24,468 nt of DNA, taken from Hydrurus foetidus. Lineage: Eukaryota. The translations under genes and the position numbers were made by a program. Position 1 is the first letter of the stretch, and each line of letters starts with the position of its first letter. The notes below the pieces were generated by a model that saw nothing but the letters and a program-made list of their open reading frames with translations, ran no database searches and was not told where the DNA came from. Shown here piece after piece: positions 1 to 9,232 of the stretch. The DNA is taken from assembly GCA_900617105.1 (NCBI GenBank), contig UYFQ01000132.1, positions 62,001-86,468 on the forward strand, written 5' to 3'.

Positions 1-26
1 CAGTCTTACTCGAATATGGTAACTAG
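1..26 (+). CDS. Possible 3' end of a gene or exon entering from the left (...VLLEYGN*), resembling the C-terminus of the convergent TPR-sulfotransferase (...VLMEYGI*)
   Basis: Frame from position 3: gtc tta ctc gaa tat ggt aac tag. The minus strand near 183-160 reads gtg ctg atg gaa tat ggt att taa. Only 26 nt are visible. Confidence 0.3.
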
Positions 27-159
27 ATTATACGGATATGAGATATCATAGTGACAAAGTAAAATATATCTAGAAAATAAAATATAATGATGACATGGAA
101 AAAAATCACACAAAAAAATAAATGCATCTAGAAAAAAAACGATAAAAAATACAAAATAA

Positions 160-3100
160 TTAAATACCATATTCCATCAGCACAGCGGCAAGATCCATTA
201 AAATCTCCTTGGACCTTGCACCCAATTCAAGTGCATCTCGTAGAACTTTGACACTTTTCAAGGGTTCACCTAATTCTTTATAGGCCTTGCCAATTCGACT
301 TAATATCATAGTTTTGCTATTCTCTCCTTCTGGAATATGTTTGTCAGTATTTTTGTTTTTTTCGTTTTTATAATATAATTCCAATGAATTTTCAAATTCT
401 TGAAGTGCGTATTTGAATTTTTTTTGTACAAAATATGATGTACCCATCATCATACGTACGTTCACTGTCTCCCCACCTAGCGCTATTATACGTGAATATG
501 ACTCTATACTCGTTTTTAAATCCCCTGTGGCAGTGGCCACTTCGGCTCTTCTAGAGTGACCATCTATATGTGCGTCATTCCATAATATCATTTCGTTGAA
601 TATGGCTAATGATTCAGAATATAGTCTCGATAGCGCTACTATACTCCCATGCCCTGTTTTCATTGTCAAAATGTATTGGTTAAAGTTCGTGATAAGATGA
701 TAGATAATAAAAATAGAATTTATCATTTAGGATGTGATAAAAATAATTGCGTCATTCAATATATATGAAACGATTTCATTTTGAAAAACGAAATAGCATC
801 AATGTATTCGCCGGTTAGCATCAAAGTTTGATTCTGTGGTCTTGCATAGCATCGTGATAAAATCACAGTCACGTATATTGTCAGAGTCATGAAGATATTT
901 CATACAAAAATTCAATGCGTATGACAATGCTGAATACGTCATATGCATCAGACATAAACCAATATTCATATCACAGTGAATAAATTTTTTAAAGAAAATA
1001 AGAACCTCAAAAAAATTTAGCGGCATGAAATTTATCTTATATAACATAGGAACATTCTAATTTTTATGAAAAGAAAAATATTACTTCAAGGCGATAATTG
1101 TAGTACGGGAGCAGAATAAAATGGTTCCTGTTTGGTATGGGGGCTCCATACCAAACAGGAACCATTTCACTCTGCTCCCGTAATACAAGCCAAGATATGA
1201 CTTTCAAGCGCTTTCATACATTTTCTGTAATAAATGTAACTCACCAACAAATGCTCTGGCGCAAGGATTCATTTCACTTCCGTTTGAATTGCAATCAGAT
1301 GCCCACGGATGATTATCCCGGACATGCCGTAAGAACAATCCGCTTTCACGGTATATTTTCAACACTTCACTAAATATTGCAGTAGTTGTTTCAATTTCTT
1401 GAAAATGCATGTACATATGAGCAGCCGCCAGGAGGTAGTCTAATTCGCCCAATACGCTTTTGAACTCCCATCCTATTGCGATACCAAGCAAAGACTGTCT
1501 GACTGTAGGAATCGGAATTCCTTTTTTTTCCAAATTTGCAAGATAACGATTTGAACTGGAGATTTTTTTCGAATTTTCATTTTTCAAATTTTCGTTTTCA
1601 ACTGAGTCAAGTGCAGAATCCGTGTATTTTATGATGAGAGATTTTACACGGATGGTAGCTGCCTCAATTGTCAAAAATCCAGACTTGGATCTTGGACTAG
1701 ATTCCAGATTAATATTTTCATTTTTGTTGTTCTTGTTCATTTCTTTTTCATCAATCAATAAATTGTTGCCTCTTTTTTTCGTGTTTGATTCATCTATTCT
1801 ACTATTTTGTTTTTTTCGCGACAATGCTTTTCGTCTTTGAAGTTCCTTTCTAAAACGCTTCATGTTCCTTCTCCTTCTTCTTCTCCTTCTCATGCGAATT
1901 TGTTCCTCGTCTTCTTCTTCTTCTTCTTCCTCCTCCTCCTCCTCCTCTTCTTCTTCTTCCTCCTCCTCCTCCTCTTCATCTACTTCTTGTGATTTTTTAA
2001 TGTCCTTCTTCTCCTCATATTTAGCACTCGCTTCTTCGTTGATCTCTCTGCCATCATTTATGATAGTCACATCTCCTCCATCAACCTCTTCCTCTTCCTC
2101 CTCCTCATCGTCATAGTATTCATCTTTTTCTTCTTCTTCTATTTCTTCACTATCTTGGTCGTCATCTTCAGCAGTGCCATAATCTCCTCCCAACAAATAT
2201 TTTGCTTTCTCAGACCCAATACTTCCTGTATTACCGTAATCTGACGTTATCGTCCCGGCTCCTTTTTCTGTCGAAATACTCACATTATAATCCCACTGAC
2301 TATCACAATTCCAATTAATCACATCAGAATAAACCAACGCGCCCATTTTTTGCAATCTTGGAATGTGTTTACGAAATTCTGTGATTATTGGTTGCAGTTT
2401 GTCGGCATAACGTACCCAAGATCCGATCGATTTGGTGTATATTTTTTGCCGAACTTCTGTGATGGTATAGAGTAAGTGAGAAATGTTTTTGTGAGATTTA
2501 AAGTGGTGACGGTAGAAGGTATTGTGTATCTTAAAAATTAGAAGGTATTGTGTATCTGAGAATCAGACAACATAGTACGGTGGAGTATAAAACCACACAT
2601 CAAACACAATTTCACTACAATACTGATACATTACATTAGTAAACATCCATGTACTGTAACATACTTAAATCGCAATATATAAAATAAAAAAAACAACACA
2701 TAAAAGTGAACGTACGTTGCATGGAGTGTGTCTGTACGGTTCGGTTGGACGTATGAAAATCTAGAATCGTAGGATCCCATTTCAGTCCAAGTTCCTTCAC
2801 TACCCTCCTCATGACGATTTCGTTGTTTGCCACTACGGCTTCGTATCTTAAAATAAATAAAAAACGTAGTTATAAAGTGAATTTGAATTTAGGTAGAGAA
2901 AGGATGTGTCTGTATTTATTTACGTAAACAGAAATTATGTTGTTTTTTGATTTTTCTTCAGAACAACTTTCAAAGCACTTATTTATAAAAATAATTAGGC
3001 ACTATCTTGAATATAAATACATATACATGTACGTAAATCTAATTCCTTTATAAATACTTGTAATATGTCTGTATAATTCTAAAACAAATATAATGTTACA

Positions 3101-6100
3101 AGTCCTTATAAAGGAATTAGATTCAACATAAAATCGAGTAAGATTTACTTCTACATAAAAACTCATCAATGCAGTGAAGTATTGGGGAAAATGTAAAAAT
3201 GCATTGCAAGTTAGTTCTCAGTTGCCTCACTCTTATGAAGAATATCATAGTAACACCACACACTGAGTTGAACTAACTAGAAACATTTAACATGTTACTG
3301 TTTGGTCAGCCTGAAGATGGTTTCCGATAGCTGGTACTTAGACGGAAACCATCCTCAAGCTAATATCATTCGTATATTTAAAAACCAAATAAATAGAATG
3401 CACTACTATTTCATCACTAATAAATACCTAATATCGACAACACGGCCTGGCAGCACTGTGCGGAAATGGTGCATGACCTCCAAGTACGACACATACTGTA
3501 GTACTAATTTCTTGACATTAAGTGCCTGACAATTCATTTTATTTTATTTATTTTGTTTATTACATTTAAGGTGAGAAGAATTGGAATAATTTTGTGTGAA
3601 GAAGCACGCTAAAAATGACGAGAGATATCTTGAAATAAAAAAATAAGAGCGCATGAAGACAGACAAGATAAATAATTTGATCAATAGTTATATGTTTGGA
3701 TTTGTGCATGTTCGCACATATATAGAAAATAGTGATGTTAATTGTGATTGATTTGCGTTACTGTGTCCTATTCTTAAATCATATTCTGATTCTTAATGAG
3801 TATAATGTAGAAAATAGATAATATTTTACACGTCCAAATAGCATCATAGCACATAAATAAAATTTCGCTATCAAGACAAATTATTTTAAAAATAAACTGC
3901 ATATATTCTGAAGTAAATATCCTAGATAAAATACTTCATTAAATCTCACCCATTCTAATCCTTTATCATCGAATTTGTGCTTGTAGCAAGAAAACAAAGT
4001 GTCCATCGGATCTCTCATGGTATGAAGAATTTTTGCTTGTGGGAACAACATTTGAATAAAACCTAATAAATCAAAAAGAAAAAAAGAAGGTCAGATTAAA
4101 GTACCAATTTTGGTAAATGCCAATAAGACTTCTTATTCGGATAATTTATAAGCAACAAATTTTTCGCTTTTGAGAAAAAATGAGGACAAAAATTGCACTT
4201 ACCGATGTTTCGATAATTAAACAACATCTTATCAGTAATTTTTTTAATATGCTTCAAATTTTTTTTCCCTTCAACATGTTTAATTTTTGAAAAATGATCC
4301 GTTGCTAGTTGTTTCATTTTATCAACTATTGCATTAGCGTGTTTTATAGTCACTTTTGTTAATTCTTTTGTATTTTGTCTGGAAGAATATTCTACAATTT
4401 CATCGCGATAAATTGGTATATTTGTATTAAATATACTATCTTCCCCCAACCCCCATACATTTGTGTGTGCGTCTAACATTGTTTCTAATAACGTGGATCC
4501 AGACCTAAGATTCCAGAAAAATTGGATTTTAAGTAAAATTTTGCATTAGATTTTATTGTAGACTCAATTACAGATTTGGTGGTAATTTTTTTTTGCTGTG
4601 TAAGTATTGAATTCCAGTCTGCTAGAATAGCTGCATATACGAGGGTTGTGAGGATTGTAGTATTAATTTCGTTAAATTTAGTATCGAATCTAAATAGATT
4701 ACAACTATACATTTGTGCCCTTGTAAGTTAATACCAAAATAAAAATTCAGACTTGACAATAAATGATCAGAGATTTCGTTTTTGATAGTAATTACCTCTA
4801 ACTCATTACCTCTATATTGAAAATTATAAAAATAAAGTAAAACATAAATTAAGTACTAACCTCATCATTCCGACAATAAATACTGGGGTGTCTAAATCTG
4901 ACCCCGGAAAAGCATCCCAAAATCCTTTTTGAAAAACCATTTTTATGGACTGAGTATTTCTTTCTACATCTTCCTGCGATTCATTTGAAGTCATTTCTCG
5001 ATGTAAAATTTCGATGACATGTCCCTCCTCTAAATGATTCCATGCTTTTTCTAATTGATTTGCTGTGAAGTATGGATGGATTTACATACTCACGTTAGAC
5101 ATGTTATTTGTTAAATGACTATTTTTATACATATTTTTATTATGTGATGAAATGAGGTGTAATTTGAATTTAAAGTCAAGTAGATAATAATGTGAAAAAA
5201 GATCACTCTCCGTTTTGACAAATAAAAACTAATGTTGGATCAAATTAAACTCATTAATAATGACATAGGAAAGAACGGAAAATAAGATTAAAAATTGTAC
5301 GCGAAGATGTCATAGCATTTACCGCTATGAATATCACAAAGCTACTACAAAAATACTGCTTATCATTACATAAAATTAACATGAAATGAAAATATAAATA
5401 AATAACAAGAATGTAAATAAGGAATAAATTGGAAATAAAAACACAAAACAATGTGTATAAATAAGTATGAATAGGTCACCTTTATCAGCAGCAGTATACA
5501 TCGCCCAGTAAACATCACTCGAAAGAGTTGGCCCCTTTTTGTCTTTTTCAGGGCACAAGTAAGAACTTCGAAGATCAGCGAGAACTGCTTTTGTTATGTA
5601 TTTTTTCTTTTTGAAATCGTCTACACTGCTTTCCATCTCAAATAATAGATTCGACCAATCTGATTTTGAAAGTGTGCCTTTTTCTTTGTGACATTCGGTA
5701 ATTGGTAGATATGCATTGACTTTGTATTTTGTTAATTCTAGTGCATGAGTGTAACACTCGAGAGCTTTGTCAATATCTCCTAACGAAACATATGCATCAC
5801 CTTTCATAGATAAAGATGCGGACTTGTCAAATGCTGTGAGTGATCTGTTGTAAACTATTTCAGATGCCAATATCGCTTCCTGTTGACGACCCATCATCTT
5901 CAGTAAAATTCCTGCAGATTATCAGTAAAATAAGCAATTAATTCGGATTACATTCATCAAATATGATGCAGTCAAGATGAAGTCGTAAATTCGAATCGCA
6001 ATAACCTTTCTGTTGATTGACTTGAACAACATGATCGGGGCTTTCATTGTCCAGCTCTAGAGCTTTGTTAAAAGCATTAAGTGCAAATGGTTGCATAGCT

Positions 6101-6437
6101 CCACCATCGTGGTACAACGTGTCCTTACTCTGATATAAATAACCTGCGAGAACGAAACATGCAAACGATGATATACATAATGCTCAAACTGTGGAATGAC
6201 GAGACTGCAATCTCAGAAACGATCGAAAGTAGTAGGTCATGGGCTGTATACTGTACCAAGATTCTTCCATGCAAATGCATCGTGATGTCTCTCCTCCTCA
6301 GCTCCAGCTCTCTCATCCAGGTACTCAATTATTTCAGCTATTTGACGATTCAGTTCTCCGAGATGGGGATTCGTGGCCAGCAGTCGGTAAGTGAAACAAA
6401 CACAGAAAACGAAGATAGTTCTAAGTAAACGTATCAT
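160..6437 (-). CDS. Signal peptide + TPR + sulfotransferase (Sulfotransfer_3/TPST-like) + acidic/basic linker + C-terminal TPR protein, ~1100 aa. Exons: complement(join(160..653,1245..2456,2716..2846,3428..3525,3950..4062,4203..4504,4861..5062,5480..5911,6006..6143,6257..6437))
   Basis: All nine introns are GT..AG with consistent phases, and the spliced length is 3303 nt (divisible by 3). The 5'-PSB loop PVFIVGMMR|SGSTLLETMLDAH is split by the 4505-4860 intron. Other sulfotransferase motifs: DKMLFNYRNIGFIQMLFPQAKILHTMRDPMDTLFSCY (3'-PB region), RYEAVV, LGLKWDP, QVRQKIYTKSIGSW. TPR-like helices include GDAYVSLGDIDKALECYTHALEL and GKAYKELGEPLKSVKVLRDALEL. The N-terminus MIRLLRTIFVFCVCFTYRLLA is hydrophobic. 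The junction 1245 (G|GTGAGT) to 653 (CAG|GG) is inferred; the 3' end could alternatively splice at 168. Confidence 0.85.
1098..1188. repeat. Near-perfect ~45-bp-arm palindrome (hairpin or MITE-like) in the inferred last intron of the sulfotransferase gene
   Basis: Left arm ttgtagtacgggagcagaataaaatggttcctgtttggtatgggg versus reverse complement of right arm ttgtattacgggagcagagtgaaatggttcctgtttggtatggag: 4 mismatches and essentially no spacer. Confidence 0.9.
1862..2170 (-). repeat. Coding low-complexity (GAA/GAG)n tracts encoding poly-Glu/Asp followed by poly-Arg
   Basis: (tct/tcc)n runs on + at ~1910-1978 and ~2085-2140. The translation includes EEEEE...EDEEQIRMRRRRRRRRN. Confidence 0.9.
2513..2557. 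repeat. Short intronic tandem duplication (19 identical nt, period 26)
   Basis: tagaaggtattgtgtatct occurs at 2513-2531 and 2539-2557. Confidence 0.85.
3036..3123. repeat. Intronic inverted repeat, 31-bp arms with a 26-nt spacer
   Basis: aatctaattcctttataaatacttgtaatat (3036-3066) versus reverse complement of 3093-3123, aatctaattcctttataaggacttgtaacat: 3 mismatches. Confidence 0.85.
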
Positions 6438-6650
6438 TTTGGAAAGAGCAACTGTTTCGCGCTAGATTTATCGAATGAAATTTCACTTGTGCATCAACAT
6501 AGAAATAGAAAGCTGTGAGAGCACAGCAAAAGGTCCCTGAAGCTCGTCGTGACGAAAGTAAGTTGTCGGAGTTGGTTTGGGGTTGCAGGAAGTCTTACGT
6601 TGGGCATCGATTATCACCAAAAATTCACCTCTTCTTAGAGTGACTGAGAG

Positions 6651-6757
6651 TACCGTATAGAAAGGCTTAGACCTTAGAGTAACGTCTACCGTATAATATG
6701 CCGTACCGTAAAGTATACCGTACCGAGAAGACGAGGACGGTATAGTACGATACCGTG
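6651..6757. promoter_or_regulatory. Cluster of TACCGT(A)-like motifs in the 587-bp divergent intergenic region (putative bidirectional promoter)
   Basis: taccgta at 6651, 6687, 6704 and 6716. Variants: tgccgta 6699, taccgag 6721, gacggta 6736 (reverse), taccgtg 6751. The cluster lies between the ATGs at 6437 (-) and 7025 (+). Confidence 0.45.
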
Positions 6758-7024
6758 TAATAATTTCTCGCGCACTTCGCTTCGACTGCGTCATTCCCAC
6801 GCGCGTACTCCAGACTCCAGATGGTTGGGCAACTCTGCGCATGGGAGATTCGAAGTGCACCTACAACCTACAACTCTACCATGCCTCTAAAGCAACTCAG
6901 ACGCGTGTGTTACTCTACGTGAACGAGAACCTCTGCAAAGCCACACAATTGCAGACAGTGCAACGCCTTGAGCTTGAGAAGGAGTGGATAACTGCTACAT
7001 CGCTCCGGCTCTCATTTACAAGAC

Positions 7025-7540
7025 ATGCGGCGCAATTCAGCGCTTTTCCTCATCTTATTGTCAGTAGTGGATGCATTTAAATCCGTTATCAATAGAGTTA
7101 GTAATGGGATATCCACTGCGAAGCCATCAGACAATGAGGATCCCTCACGTCATCAATCTGCTGAAAGACACTGCGCCAGAAATAGATGCAAGCGATTGCG
7201 ACTTAGAGAGGCTGAAAGTGCCATGCGAGGCTTTGAGGCGCTCACTGACTCCTTTCTGGGGGGTACGGTAGGAGTTATGTCTGTTGCGTTCTTACTCGAG
7301 GTTCGGAAAGTTGCAGATGAAAGATTAGATGGATGTCCATACTGTATGGGAAACGGAGAGATTTTGTGCGCTTCCTGCTACGGCACTGGCGACTGCAAAT
7401 TCTGCTATGGTCGAGGATTAGTAAAATGTATCAACTGTAAAGGGGATGGCCGAATAACGCCTATTCTACTTCAATCTAAAGCTGTTCGAGATCCTGACTA
7501 TGCTACGGACGATGTTGGTTCTGGTATTAACGGTGCTTAG
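7025..7540 (+). CDS. ORANGE (OR)-like DnaJ cysteine-rich zinc-finger protein, probably plastid-targeted, 171 aa, single exon
   Basis: Four CxxCxGxG repeats (CPYCMGNG, CASCYGTG, CKFCYGRG, CINCKGDG) and no J domain. They are preceded by the hydrophobic FLGGTVGVMSVAFLLEV, which resembles the plant OR segment GGAVGVISALMVVEV (recalled, not searched). The N-terminus MRRNSALFLILLSVVDA-F looks like a signal peptide plus Phe. Confidence 0.8.
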   Translation: MRRNSALFLILLSVVDAFKSVINRVSNGISTAKPSDNEDPSRHQSAERHCARNRCKRLRLREAESAMRGFEALTDSFLGGTVGVMSVAFLLEVRKVADERLDGCPYCMGNGEILCASCYGTGDCKFCYGRGLVKCINCKGDGRITPILLQSKAVRDPDYATDDVGSGINGA

Positions 7541-9232
7541 AAAATGCCTTGCGAAAGTTTTCACATTCCGCCTGCCTGATTATACCTGGAGTACTGCATT
7601 GTCGTTACTGATAGAAACTTTATGACCACCTTGATATCTCAAATCACTGAGCTGTCATGTTGAATATGTGAGATCAAAGATTCATCACTTAAGTGCACAA
7701 CCTCGCAACTTCATGCTTGCAGACAATAGAACCAGCAGCCACATTGTTAGACCCATAGCTTCATAGATCACGTTAGGCCCAACTTTCATCTTCTCAGCAA
7801 CAATTTACAATCTAAATCTAGAGCGAAATACGAGGTAGGTATCACACTGGACAGATAACACATATCTTTATAATCTTGTAATTAGTGGAAGTTCATATAT
7901 CGAATCCAATTCTCTTCTTTTTTCCGCACTAATATTGGCTACATCTGTCCAAGGTTTGACTATGTCATGCTCTCCCCCATTGATTTCACGAGTGCTCAAA
8001 TAAATTTCCACACGTAAAGACGCGCATTTTTGGTCCGTTGCATCCTGTGTATCGAATCCTCGCTTGTTTCCACGAATAACTACTGCCTCCACGGTGCAAT
8101 ACTGAACTCATACTATTTGTTCCTGTGTAGATGCAAAATTAGCGAATCCCCAAACTGAAAATGGAAATTTCGAGTTTTAAAATAGTCTCATTGGAGGTCG
8201 ATTATATAAAGGACGTGATGGTATTAAACTAGCTGTGGCAGTTTTTGACGAAATGAATTAGATAGATATCCGACCTGACAGACACGAAGACCTAGTTAAT
8301 CAAAACTGTTGAAGATTTTAGTTTTTAGTGCGAAGTGTGTACCGAAACCGGGTAATTTTTGCCACTTGAATACGTTACCGTCGCCTTCCCTTTCTTTGCG
8401 AGGGACTTGAGCGCACATCAGTGACATAGGGACTCTTTTCTGTCCGGGAGTGAATATATACTACTTTTAGATGTTTTACATTCATAGCACAATAGCAAAA
8501 TCAGTTTAGATGGCCTGCGGCACATTGCAGATTACGTTTGTGCACTAAATTTACCATAATAATCATTGCGCAGATTGCCAGTGAAGGAAATGGTGCTAAA
8601 GGTATTCAGCTGCCCGCATACCGTTATCAAAATCAGAGAGGTTTTATCGAGGCCTCCAACAATTGATCCTGACATCTGACGCCAAAACCCCGCTATGGCT
8701 ATTGTGAGTACATTGCTAGCTAAATTTTGCACAATTCAGCTCTGGAAGAGTTGCTGAATTGATTTTGCTATTGTGCTATGACTGTAAAACATCCAAAAGT
8801 ACTCTCTTCTGGACAGAAAAGAGAAAAGAGAAAAGAGAAAAGAGACTCTCTGTTACCGGAAATCCGCCAACAAAGGGGAGCCGGAAGGCGACGGTATACG
8901 TACGCGCGGCAACGTGCACACAGTACACACGACACGTACTTTCATCCCACCTTTCATGTGACGCTCCCAACTCTCAACAGTTTGGTCAACTGTCAAACCG
9001 TCGGACAGATAATCTGTACACATTATACATTACGCAGCAATCAGCACCCGACCATGATAGCGATAGCGTCGATAACTCCTGACAACTATGACCCCATGGT
9101 GTCAACGATTTGAATGATCTCTCGATATTTTTTCGTAAGGGGCCGTGTGAGGTGGCCGATCATTTGAGAATCAAATCCGTCTCTTGAAGAGAACTACACC
9201 AAGTAAGCGATAAGTTTTTTTAGCACACGACG

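Noticed and set aside
1622..2116. Plus-strand ORFs rich in poly-Ser/Leu/Phe
   Set aside because: Antisense shadows of the poly-Glu coding repeat.
6483..7080. ORFs 6483-6860 (-) and 6841-7080 (+)
   Set aside because: No recognisable motifs; they lie in the divergent promoter/UTR region.
7868..8160. Minus-strand 74-aa ORF with protein-like composition
   Set aside because: GTG start, an in-frame stop just upstream, and no identifiable family or convincing exon chain. At most a decayed fragment.
8759..9113. Overlapping ORFs upstream of the PDE, and a (GAGAAAA)n repeat
   Set aside because: No domain signal. Probably promoter/5' UTR with a short simple repeat.
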